Positions 54,797 to 63,149 of a stretch of 64,000 nt of DNA are shown one piece after another (position 1 is the first letter of the stretch; every line of letters starts with the position of its first letter). Made by a program: the position numbers and the translations under genes. The notes below the pieces were generated by a model. It did not search any database and had not been told where the DNA came from. It saw only the letters and a list, made by a program, of their open reading frames with translations. The stretch covers positions 198,751 through 262,750 of the forward strand of contig JBLMZI010000011.1 in NCBI GenBank assembly GCA_050258755.1, written 5' to 3'. The DNA comes from Solirubrobacterales bacterium. Its GTDB lineage: Bacteria > Bacillota > Syntrophomonadia > Syntrophomonadales > DTU052.

Positions 54797-56284
54797 TCAG
54801 TCGCGGTTAAGCAGGTTGGACAGAAGCTCCCGCCGATTATTGGCGCCGGCCTTGCGAAGGATATTGCGCACGTGGAATTTGACGGTATTTTTGGAGATCA
54901 CCATTTCGTCGGCAATCTCCTGGTCAATGCAGCCACTGCAGATGAGACTGTAGACCCGTTTTTCGGTGGGCGTCAACGAGGCGATCAGGGGATCGGCAGC
55001 CGGCTCGGGTGCGATGGGAGCAGCATTGTCATCCCGTGCCGCCGATTCCTCCGAATTCTGCGATGCGAGGGCAACCTCCCGGGGATGCAGTTCGAAGCCG
55101 GCGTCCAACGCAAGATCAGCTGCGGGGCGTGCGTTCAGATACAGCACCGGGAGGGATAAAAACAAAAAGAAAAGGAACAGATTCGAAGCCAGTGGATTCT
55201 CCAAGGGTGATCCTAGAATGCCGGTACCTGCGATATATCCCACGAAAGCCAGCAAGCCCATGTTTACGCCCAAGCCAATACCAAAAGTTCGCTCCAAGCC
55301 CAGGCGGTAACCGAAAATCAGCAGCAGGATCCAATACACGACCATTGACATGCCCAGACCGACCATGATCAGCCAGTATCCGATGATCATTCCGTTCCAC
55401 CCGGGTGCGGATTCAAAACTAAGGGTAAAGCCGACCCCAAGCAGACTGAATGCGACAAAAGCCAGCAAGGCGACATTCGTTTCGTTCCGAACGATGGATG
55501 CAATGAGGGCGCCGCAACAATAAAACAGAAGCCCCCAGCGCACGGTTTCGGGATAAAGCCGGCTGACCAGCGGGGTGAGGTAATTGTACATCAACCCCCC
55601 GGCCAGATTCATAATCAGGGCGAAGAGAAAGATTCCGATCACTGACCTCAAAAGAATTGAGGGCGTCATTGGCCGCCCCAGGGGATCGGAATAGAAGTGT
55701 TTAGGCGCGGATAGAGCAAGATCCCAGGGTTGAAATCTGCCGAGCAGAGCCCCTGCGATCAGCGGAAGCAGTGAGGCAGCCGCGGCAATGCAAGTTAGCG
55801 CGGGCTGGGACCATTCGGTTGGCGGCGGCAGCAAAGATGATGTCAGGATCAGCGGTAGATTAGCGACGACCAGGCTCCCGCCGACGACCAGCGCGGGCCG
55901 GCGTAAAAGTGTCAGCCATTGTGCGCCCAGAAAAACCAGCACGGCGCTGCCGATTCCCATGCCGCAATACATGAGGGTCATACCGGTGTCCGAAAGGCGG
56001 GTAAACGCAATGAGACAGGTTGAGACCGACAGCAGAGCGGCGGCAATCCAGGCAGCGGCGCGATGACGAAGCTGCGCGGACAGAAGCGTGCCGCCAAGCC
56101 ACATCGTCAAGGCATGGGAGCCAAGGAACGCAATACAATACAAAAAGACGCTTCCGCCGTGTAACGCGGCGCTCAACGGCCCGAAGAACGGAAATATTAG
56201 CATCCAGGCAAACACCGCGCTAAGCACCAGCCAGGGTGGATAGGCGGAAACCTCTTTATTCAAAGCCGGGTATTCATCGTTCAT
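54797..56284 (-). CDS. Polytopic membrane protein fused to a C-terminal LuxR-type HTH
   Basis: About 12 hydrophobic helices, then LTPTEKRVYSLICSGCIDQEIADEMVISKNTVKFHVRNILRKAG. The start is uncertain (ATG 56284 or TTG 56311). Confidence 0.8.
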   Translation of the reverse strand: MNDEYPALNKEVSAYPPWLVLSAVFAWMLIFPFFGPLSAALHGGSVFLYCIAFLGSHALTMWLGGTLLSAQLRHRAAAWIAAALLSVSTCLIAFTRLSDTGMTLMYCGMGIGSAVLVFLGAQWLTLLRRPALVVGGSLVVANLPLILTSSLLPPPTEWSQPALTCIAAAASLLPLIAGALLGRFQPWDLALSAPKHFYSDPLGRPMTPSILLRSVIGIFLFALIMNLAGGLMYNYLTPLVSRLYPETVRWGLLFYCCGALIASIVRNETNVALLAFVAFSLLGVGFTLSFESAPGWNGMIIGYWLIMVGLGMSMVVYWILLLIFGYRLGLERTFGIGLGVNMGLLAFVGYIAGTGILGSPLENPLASNLFLFFLFLSLPVLYLNARPAADLALDAGFELHPREVALASQNSEESAARDDNAAPIAPEPAADPLIASLTPTEKRVYSLICSGCIDQEIADEMVISKNTVKFHVRNILRKAGANNRRELLSNLLNRD

Positions 56285-56449
56285 TTTGAAATCTAAACCC
56301 CAATCGATCAAAAAACATGGCGAAATCCGTCATAATTGGGCGATTATTAAACACATTATATACTGCGGTCATCATTTGCAGGTGGGGTGTGCAGGAAAAA
56401 CACAGCGAGATTTCCGAAAGGTATGCCGAAGCCGATGCGAAAAAAAGAC

Positions 56450-56482
56450 GCGTGTTGTGCGCATCGCGTCTTCTCTATATTA
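56450..56482 (-). terminator. Rho-independent terminator after the cyclophilin gene
   Basis: On the minus strand: AGACGCG-12 nt-CGCGTCT followed by TTTTTTT. Confidence 0.75.
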
Positions 56483-56525
56483 GTCGGTTTCTTTTTAGAG
56501 TAGTTCGCATTGGTTTGCGGGACGC

Positions 56526-57065
56526 TTACCGGCTGATCGTTTCGGGTTCGTCGTACTCTACACCGTGCGTATCAACGGTCATCCGGCTAATCTTAATCGC
56601 CACCAGCGGCCGGTCATTATAATCGGTAGCAATATCGGAAATCTCCATGACGGTATCCAGGCCTTCAACCACCTTGCCAAAAGCGGCGTATTCTCCGTCT
56701 AGATGCGGGGAAGTGCCTGTGACGATGAAAAACTGCGAACCGGCTGAATCAGGTATCCGGGTTCGGGCCATCGAAAGCACGCCTTTCTGGTGGCTCAACG
56801 AATTGGGGCACCCATTGGAGGAAAACTCGCCTTTTATTGAATAGCCGGGGTTTCCGGTGCCGTTCCCAAGCGGGCAGCCCCCCTGAATCATAAAACTGGC
56901 AATCACGCGGTGGAAAACCAGGCCGTCGTAAAAACCTTTTCGAATCAAGGAGATAAAATTGTTCACAGTATTCGGGGCTATGTCCGGATAGAGCTCGATT
57001 TTAACCGTATCGCCGTTTTCCAGAACCATCGTAACCAACGGATTTTGGGTTGCCATGCGATTCAT
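56526..57065 (-). CDS. ppiB: Cyclophilin-type peptidyl-prolyl cis-trans isomerase
   Basis: NFISLIRKGFYDGLVFHRVI..FMIQGG...GSQFFI. The start is either ATG 57065 or 57056. Confidence 0.9.
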   Translation of the reverse strand: MNRMATQNPLVTMVLENGDTVKIELYPDIAPNTVNNFISLIRKGFYDGLVFHRVIASFMIQGGCPLGNGTGNPGYSIKGEFSSNGCPNSLSHQKGVLSMARTRIPDSAGSQFFIVTGTSPHLDGEYAAFGKVVEGLDTVMEISDIATDYNDRPLVAIKISRMTVDTHGVEYDEPETISR

Positions 57066-57232
57066 CCTTTCTCCCTTTGTAAGCCCGGCGGCACGCTGCT
57101 GCAATCCACATTGTATCATAAGTTGTTTCAAAATGACGAACTGGATGCGCGTCTCATCGGTCCCAATGCGCCACGGACGGCGAAAAGACAGTATAATAGA
57201 TGGAAGATGATCCAGATTTGGGAGGAATACGC

Positions 57233-57994
57233 ATGCGGGAAGCGATTATCGATTCGATTCGGAACACGGTGGCGGACCGGAACCGGACAGGGCAAGCGTG
57301 GTGGCGCGAACCGCTGATCGGTTTTGCGGCGGCGAGCGATCCGCTGTTTGCTCGGCTGAAGACCGTGATTGGGCCGAGCCATGCCCTGCCGGAGGAACTG
57401 CTTTCCGGCGCCCAAACCGTTGTCGCTTATTTTCTGCCCTTTGCGTCCGCGATCGTGTCTGAAAACGCTGCCGACGGGCCAAGCTCCCCCTCCTGGGCCC
57501 GGGCTTATATCGAGACCAACCGGCTGATCGCTCAAATCAATCAAAGGGTTCACGAATTTCTGGCGGAGGGCGGCTATGAAAGTACGCTTATTCCGGCTAC
57601 GCATAATTTTAATGAAGAGCGGCTGGTCAGCGACTGGTCTCACAAGCATGTGGCGTATATCGCGGGCTTGGGGACGTTCGGGGTGCATACCAACCTGATT
57701 ACGGAAGCCGGCTGCGCAGGCCGGGTGGGCAGTCTGGTCACAACGGCCAATATTACCGCAGACCCGCGCGCTGAAACGGAACGGTGCCTGACCAGAGACG
57801 GGAGAAAATGCATGAAGTGTGCCGCGCGATGCCCGAAACAAGCCTTAAGCGCGGACAGCTTTGACCGGCATCGCTGTTACGAGCAGTGCCTGGAAAACGC
57901 GGCGCTTTATCAGGACATGGGGCGGGCTGATGTCTGCGGCAAGTGTATTTCACGGGTGCCGTGCGCGCTCCGAACACCGACGCGAAAAACGTAG
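57233..57994 (+). CDS. QueG-related / reductive-dehalogenase-superfamily Fe-S protein
   Basis: HKHVAYIAGLGTFGVHTNLIT resembles the QueG core. C-terminal Cys clusters CMKCAARCP and CGKC. The start was trimmed to the ATG seven nt after GGGAGG. Confidence 0.65.
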   Translation: MREAIIDSIRNTVADRNRTGQAWWREPLIGFAAASDPLFARLKTVIGPSHALPEELLSGAQTVVAYFLPFASAIVSENAADGPSSPSWARAYIETNRLIAQINQRVHEFLAEGGYESTLIPATHNFNEERLVSDWSHKHVAYIAGLGTFGVHTNLITEAGCAGRVGSLVTTANITADPRAETERCLTRDGRKCMKCAARCPKQALSADSFDRHRCYEQCLENAALYQDMGRADVCGKCISRVPCALRTPTRKT

Positions 57995-58027
57995 ACGGAC
58001 TTTTGCGTTCCGAATCACCTGAAATAT

Positions 58028-58059
58028 GAAGCCGCGCTGTTGAGACAGCGCGGCTTTTT
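58028..58059 (+). terminator. Rho-independent terminator
   Basis: AAGCCGCGCTG-ttgaga-CAGCGCGGCTT followed by TTT. Confidence 0.7.
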
Positions 58060-58090
58060 GACTGGAAACGGTATTTGGGGTTGGAATGGA

Positions 58091-59275
58091 TTACTCGGGT
58101 TGCGGCGGTTCGGCGCCGCTCCTTTCGGTTAAGCTTCTTTGAACCGCCAGCAGGACCGAACCGAAGGCCAGCAGGACCACCACTATGGTGATCAGGCAGC
58201 CGACAAAGGGGATCAGCTTGAGCAGAGACAGCAGGAAGATGCCAAACAGGGCGATCAAAGCCGGGTGTTCGATCTTTAGCGTTTCCGGGAAGACCTCAAC
58301 CAGCGACTTGCCCAGCTGGCTGCCGACCAACATGCTGGCGGCCAGGGTGAGCGCGGTCAGGAACATCACTCCGATCACCGCCAGTGGGATGCCTACGATC
58401 GTGATGAATATCAGAAGCAGGGCAACCGGTGAAACGACGGCCAGGAAGATGCCCCAGGCCAGGCTGCCGCCGGGCTTCTGCTGGATTTCACGCTGAACCG
58501 CGGCCAGCGAAGCCGGGCTGAGATAATACCAGAGTCCCCAAAGTACCAGCAGCATGAGCACACCGATCAGCATTTGCACAACCTTTCCGGCCAGAGACGT
58601 TTCTTTGGGATGCGGTGGCTGCTGATTCGGCACCGGTTTCTGATAAATGGTTTTCCCGGCGATTACGGCGCCCGGATCGACGGCCGCTCGTTGGCTGCTG
58701 GTATAGCTCAAATCGCCCTGAACCCGGGCGTTGGTTCCCAGGGTCAGACGAGAGCAGCCAGCTTTGACATTACCGCCAACCGGGGCGTTCAAGAAAAACT
58801 TTTCCGATCCGAGGGTTACATTTTTTCCGATCGGACCATTCAGGGTCATGGTCGGAATCCAGCCGGTAAAACTGCCGGCGATCTTCGAACCCGGCGCGGT
58901 ATCCCCAGACTGGCAGAACAACAGCGCATTCCGGCCGATCGTTCCGTTGATTTGGAGCGTCTGCGACATACTGCGCAGATTATTGTCGACCTGGCCGTTG
59001 ATCACGACGTTCTGCGAGAAGAGAATCAAATCCCCGGTCACGGTGCCGTTCAACTCAAAATCCTGCGCCGACACGGCGAGGTCGCCATATACGGTGCCAT
59101 TGACAACCACGCGCTGTGCGGCGAGGGCCATGTCGTCCTGAATGACTTCGCCGGAACCGATGGTAATGGTTTGGTCGGCCGAGCGCTGATCCCAGGCCAG
59201 AGCCGGCATCGCCGTAAGAAACATGAGCAGCAGGGCCGCCGCTAGAATCCAACCGGCTTTTTGTTTGTTTTTCAT
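58091..59275 (-). CDS. Exported beta-helix repeat (bactofilin/polymer-forming-like) protein with C-terminal multi-TM anchor
   Basis: Signal peptide, then about nine ~20-aa repeats of the form xxxxxNGxVxGDLxxxxx, then four to five TM helices. The start was trimmed to ATG 59275. Confidence 0.7.
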   Translation of the reverse strand: MKNKQKAGWILAAALLLMFLTAMPALAWDQRSADQTITIGSGEVIQDDMALAAQRVVVNGTVYGDLAVSAQDFELNGTVTGDLILFSQNVVINGQVDNNLRSMSQTLQINGTIGRNALLFCQSGDTAPGSKIAGSFTGWIPTMTLNGPIGKNVTLGSEKFFLNAPVGGNVKAGCSRLTLGTNARVQGDLSYTSSQRAAVDPGAVIAGKTIYQKPVPNQQPPHPKETSLAGKVVQMLIGVLMLLVLWGLWYYLSPASLAAVQREIQQKPGGSLAWGIFLAVVSPVALLLIFITIVGIPLAVIGVMFLTALTLAASMLVGSQLGKSLVEVFPETLKIEHPALIALFGIFLLSLLKLIPFVGCLITIVVVLLAFGSVLLAVQRSLTERSGAEPPQPE

Positions 59276-59292
59276 GGTTTTTCCCCCCAATA

Positions 59293-59847
59293 TCAATGAA
59301 TCGTACGGGCTGTTCCGCGGGGACGCCAGCCCAGATACATCATCACAAGCATGACGGCGCTTACGGTCAGGCACCAGAGGGCGGCGTAGTCCGTCAGGCT
59401 GTTCAGCAAACCGGGTCGCACGGCAAGATGATTAATCATGGACACAATCAGGCCCGACAAGCTGGTAATAAGCCGCGTAACCGCAATATTGCCTGCAGAG
59501 CCGCTGATCCATGCGATGCTGGCACCGCCCGGCGCCGCCAGAACCGCCTGCCAGAGCCAAAAGCCCAGATAGACGCCGAAGCTAAGGGCAAACATAAGCA
59601 GGAAGCCGGAACGGGTTTGATATTTCACCGGTGAATGGAGCGGAATCGGTGCGGCTGCAAGCTGTTCCTCCGCTTCCGCTTGAAACAACCGAGTCAGCCA
59701 GAGATCGGAGGCGGCGATGCTTTCTAACCGACTGCGGCAGGCGGCGCACAGATCAAGATGGTTTTGGACAGCACTCGCTTCTTCCGGGGTCAGTTCACGG
59801 TCTTGAAAAAACTGCAGGGTTGTTTCCGGAATACAGAATGGATTCAT
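59293..59847 (-). CDS. Anti-sigma factor (zf-HC2) with membrane domain
   Basis: HLDLCAACR is the Hx3Cx2C motif, followed by TM helices. ATGA overlap with the sigma gene. Confidence 0.8.
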   Translation of the reverse strand: MNPFCIPETTLQFFQDRELTPEEASAVQNHLDLCAACRSRLESIAASDLWLTRLFQAEAEEQLAAAPIPLHSPVKYQTRSGFLLMFALSFGVYLGFWLWQAVLAAPGGASIAWISGSAGNIAVTRLITSLSGLIVSMINHLAVRPGLLNSLTDYAALWCLTVSAVMLVMMYLGWRPRGTARTIH

Positions 59848-60404
59848 TGATTTGCGCCTCCTTCCTTCATGGCCTGCATCAACTGTTTTTTCGCCCGGTG
59901 CAGCCGGGTGCCGATGGTACCGCTTGGCATTCCGGTAATCCGGGAGATATCCTCGTACGATTTCCCCTGATCGTATTTCAGGGACAGGATCAGTCGGTCA
60001 TCGGGATCAAGGACCGCCAGTGCGGATCGAAGCCGATCAAGGCGGTCCGCTTGGTCCAACTGCTCATGGAATTGTTGAATTCCCGGGTCATCTGCCGCGG
60101 CTGCGGTGTCCTCCAGGGGGCTTTCCCGGGAATGGGACCGGCGCCGGAGCGAGTTATTGGCCTCATTGACGGTGATCCGGTAAAGCCAGGTTGAAAAGGA
60201 TGCTTTGCCTTCGAAGCGTGCCAGGCCCCGGTACGCTTTCAGGAAGGTTTCCGATACGACGTCCAGTGCGTCATCCTGATTTCCGCACATCCGCCAGGCC
60301 AGTGCAAAAACATCTTTCCGGTACCGTTCGTACAGGTCTTCGAAAAGTGCGTTTTCTCCGGCCACTATTCGGGCGATCATGGCTTTTTCGTCGATCGCAG
60401 ACAC
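59844..60404 (-). CDS. ECF-type RNA polymerase sigma-70 family factor
   Basis: Region 2 (DVVSETFLKAYRGLARFEGKASFSTWLYRITVNEA) and region 4 (SYEDISRITGMPSGTIGTRLHRAKKQL). GTG start seven nt after GGAGGG. Confidence 0.9.
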   Translation of the reverse strand: MSAIDEKAMIARIVAGENALFEDLYERYRKDVFALAWRMCGNQDDALDVVSETFLKAYRGLARFEGKASFSTWLYRITVNEANNSLRRRSHSRESPLEDTAAAADDPGIQQFHEQLDQADRLDRLRSALAVLDPDDRLILSLKYDQGKSYEDISRITGMPSGTIGTRLHRAKKQLMQAMKEGGANQ

Positions 60405-60460
60405 GTGCTGCCCTCCTGTTTCGGATCTAACAAGGGAAACTTAATTCCGGCGTCTATCTT

Positions 60461-60489
60461 TTAGACTCCGCATTTCAAAGAATATTTCA
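60461..60489 (-). promoter_or_regulatory. Candidate autoregulated ECF-type promoter
   Basis: On the minus strand: TGAAAT, a 17-nt spacer, then GTCTAA. It lies about 55 nt upstream of the sigma GTG and resembles the GAAAC...CGTCTA class loosely. Confidence 0.3.
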
Positions 60490-60518
60490 AGTTATATTTT
60501 CCGGATTTGTTCAAGAAA

Positions 60519-60568
60519 CGAACGAACCCCTACGCCCGCCTGCCCGGGGTAGGGGTTCGCATCGTTCG
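60519..60568. other. Long imperfect inverted repeat (15 bp paired) in an intergenic region
   Basis: CGAAC-GAACCCCTAC...GTAGGGGTTC-gcatc-GTTCG. No clear T tract on the plus strand, and a modest TTTCTT on the minus strand. Confidence 0.4.
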
Positions 60569-60861
60569 TGTGAGGCTTGAACGATTTTGGCTTACATAAA
60601 TTGGTTGACCCACCCGGCGCCGCTGCAGGGATCGGCGCCAGAGCCGAAGCATAAAGCCTCCCGCTGTTAATGGACAGTCCGCGGCGAAAGACCGGTCATT
60701 TCGCAAGACGCGTGGTCCCCCGAAGAAAGCGATCAATACACCATAAGCGCATCCAATGACAGCGGATATGATTATCCTACCAGAGGGTTGTAAACAAAAT
60801 ATGAACGGCGCGAAACAATACGGTTTTTAGTGGACAGAATAGGGGCCAGCGGAAAAATTGG

Positions 60862-60891
60862 TTGCCCCAAGGGCCCGGTAAATGATAAAAT
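60862..60891 (+). promoter_or_regulatory. Candidate extended -10 promoter for the liv-like operon
   Basis: TTGCCC, an 18-nt spacer, then TGaTAAAAT. It lies about 55 nt upstream of ATG 60948. Confidence 0.3.
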
Positions 60892-60947
60892 CTCGGATAA
60901 GTTGTTTTTATAAACAATTAATGTAGGAAAGAAGGATGGTAGGACGT

Positions 60948-62150
60948 ATGAACGGTAAAAAGGGTAGGTTTTCTGCACGGAAACTAAAGGTATCATTGAT
61001 CAGTCTTCTGCTTGGGACGGCATTGCTCGTCACAGGCTGTGGCACAAAAAACGTGAGCGCACCGACAGCGGACAAGGATAAACAGCCAATCAAAATTGGC
61101 GCCGTCATCGACATTTCTGGTCCCGGAGCAAGCCTCGGCGTTCCCGAACGTGATTCCATTGAACTTTGGGAAGAACAGGTCAATAAAAACGGCGGCATCA
61201 ATGGCCGGCCGGTAGATGTTATCATTCTTGACAATGAAAGCGATGAAACCAAATCGGTTCTCGCCTTTAAAAAGTTAGTTAATGAAGAAAACGTTGTTGC
61301 CGTAGCGGGCGCAAGCCAGAGCGGAACCTCGATCGCCATGATCAATTCGGCGACCCAAGCTCAGATTCCGCTGGTTTCCGCTGCCGCCTCCAAGAAGATT
61401 ATCGATCCAATCGGCGAGAGAAAATGGATCTTCAAGACCGCTCAGAACGACTCCGTCGTAGCGGACAAAGCGATTGAGTATCTCAAGGCCAAAAAACTGA
61501 CCAAAATCGCGTTCCTCTCCATGAATAACGCATTTGGCGACAGCGGTCTGGTGGAATTCGCCGCTCTGGCGAAAAACGCTGGCATCGAAATCGTGGTTCA
61601 GGAAAAGTTTGGCGCAACCGATGTGGACTTTACGCCGCAGTTGACCGCAGTAAAGAGTAAAAAGCCGCAGGCAATGGTAGTCTGGGCGATTCCGCCGAGT
61701 GCGGCGCTCATTACCAAGCAAGCGCGTGAATTGGGGATCAATACGCCGATCCTCCACAGCCATGGCATTGCGAACAAAGCGTTTATCGATCTTGCCGGAC
61801 CGGCAGCCAATGGCGTTGTATTCCCGGCAGGAAAACTGTTGGTGGCAGAGAAGCTTCCCGACAGCGATCCGCAGAAAGCAGCCCTGCTGACCTACATCAA
61901 GGACTATGAAAAAGCGGACCGGCCCCGGTCGGCGTTCGGCGGACATGGCTATGACGCGGTTACCCTGATCGGAAAAGCGATCCAAGCCGTGGGAACCGAC
62001 CCGGCAAAGATACGGGAAGCCCTTGAAAAAACGGATATTGCAGGCGTATCGGGAATCTTTAAGATGACCCAGGCGGATCACAGTGGGATCAGCAAGGAAT
62101 CATTGGTCATGATCGTGATTAAAGACGGGAAATGGGAGCTGACCGAGTAG
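60948..62150 (+). CDS. Branched-chain amino acid-type ABC transporter substrate-binding lipoprotein (LivK/Peripla_BP_6 family)
   Basis: LLVTGC lipobox, IKIGAVIDISGPGASLG, and an overall type I periplasmic binding fold pattern. Confidence 0.88.
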   Translation: MNGKKGRFSARKLKVSLISLLLGTALLVTGCGTKNVSAPTADKDKQPIKIGAVIDISGPGASLGVPERDSIELWEEQVNKNGGINGRPVDVIILDNESDETKSVLAFKKLVNEENVVAVAGASQSGTSIAMINSATQAQIPLVSAAASKKIIDPIGERKWIFKTAQNDSVVADKAIEYLKAKKLTKIAFLSMNNAFGDSGLVEFAALAKNAGIEIVVQEKFGATDVDFTPQLTAVKSKKPQAMVVWAIPPSAALITKQARELGINTPILHSHGIANKAFIDLAGPAANGVVFPAGKLLVAEKLPDSDPQKAALLTYIKDYEKADRPRSAFGGHGYDAVTLIGKAIQAVGTDPAKIREALEKTDIAGVSGIFKMTQADHSGISKESLVMIVIKDGKWELTE

Positions 62151-62182
62151 GGTTTTCTCCATAACCGGATACTGTTTTGCGG

Positions 62183-62203
62183 CAGCCCCGTGATGCGGGG
62201 CTG
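62183..62203 (+). other. Intercistronic GC-rich hairpin without a T tract
   Basis: CAGCCCCG-tgatg-CGGGGCTG between the binding-protein and permease genes. It may be an mRNA-stabilising or partial-termination element. Confidence 0.4.
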
Positions 62204-62270
62204 TCGCCATGCGTCCGGCCAATTCTTTACAGGTGTGTCCCTTATCCTCAATCGAAAGGTGCTTATTGAC

Positions 62271-63149
62271 GTGGAAATCGCTCAGTTCAGCCAACTGCTC
62301 ATATCCGGTCTGATCGTCGGCGGCATTTATGCGCTGATTGCGGCAGGATTCATTATCGTGTTCAATGTGACCGGCATTTTAAATTTCGCGCAGGGCGAAT
62401 TTGTGATGCTGGGAGCCTTGATTTCGGTAACGGGTTACAAAGCCGGTCTGCCTCTGGCACTTGCGGTTTTGCTGGCCGTGGCTGCGGTGACCGTCGCCGG
62501 AATTGCACTGGAGCTGTTGGCGATACGTCCTGCCGGGAATGCGACCCCGGTTACGTTTATTATTATCACGATTGGCGTTTCGATTGCGATTCGCGGCTTT
62601 GCTTTGCTAAACTGGGGAACTGACTCTTATACCCTGCCTGCGTTTAGCGCAGGTTCAAGCTTTGACATCTTTAGTGTGAAGGTCGGGCCCCAGGGAATTT
62701 GGATTTTGGCGGCCACCGCGGCTTGTTTTGGCGCATTGATCTGGTTTTTCGAACGGACCTATGCCGGGAAGGCTGTACGGGCTTGTGTCATCAACCCGCA
62801 GGCAGCCCGTCTAATGGGGATCAGTCCGAAAAAAATGTCGCTGCTGGCTTTCGCGATGGCCGGTGCCATGGGGGCTCTGGCGGGTGCGACCATTACCCCG
62901 ATGACTTCGGCCACGTATGATATGGGACTGATGCTGGGGCTCAAGGGCTTTGTCGCCGCTGCGCTCGGCGGGCTGACCAGCATCCCGGCCGCGCTGCTTG
63001 GCGGGCTTTTGCTTGGGGTCATCGAAACCCTTGGCGCGGGCTTTATCTCCAGCGGATTTCGAGACGCCATCGCCTTTTTCATTTTGGCGGTGATTCTGTT
63101 TGTTCGGCCAGAAGGGCTGCTTGGCGCGATTGGAGGGAAACGGGTATGA
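62271..63149 (+). CDS. livH: Branched-chain amino acid ABC transporter permease (LivH family)
   Basis: LISGLIVGGIYALIAAGFIIVFNVTGILNFAQGE N-terminus. GTG start nine nt after GAAAGGTG. Confidence 0.88.
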   Translation: MEIAQFSQLLISGLIVGGIYALIAAGFIIVFNVTGILNFAQGEFVMLGALISVTGYKAGLPLALAVLLAVAAVTVAGIALELLAIRPAGNATPVTFIIITIGVSIAIRGFALLNWGTDSYTLPAFSAGSSFDIFSVKVGPQGIWILAATAACFGALIWFFERTYAGKAVRACVINPQAARLMGISPKKMSLLAFAMAGAMGALAGATITPMTSATYDMGLMLGLKGFVAAALGGLTSIPAALLGGLLLGVIETLGAGFISSGFRDAIAFFILAVILFVRPEGLLGAIGGKRV

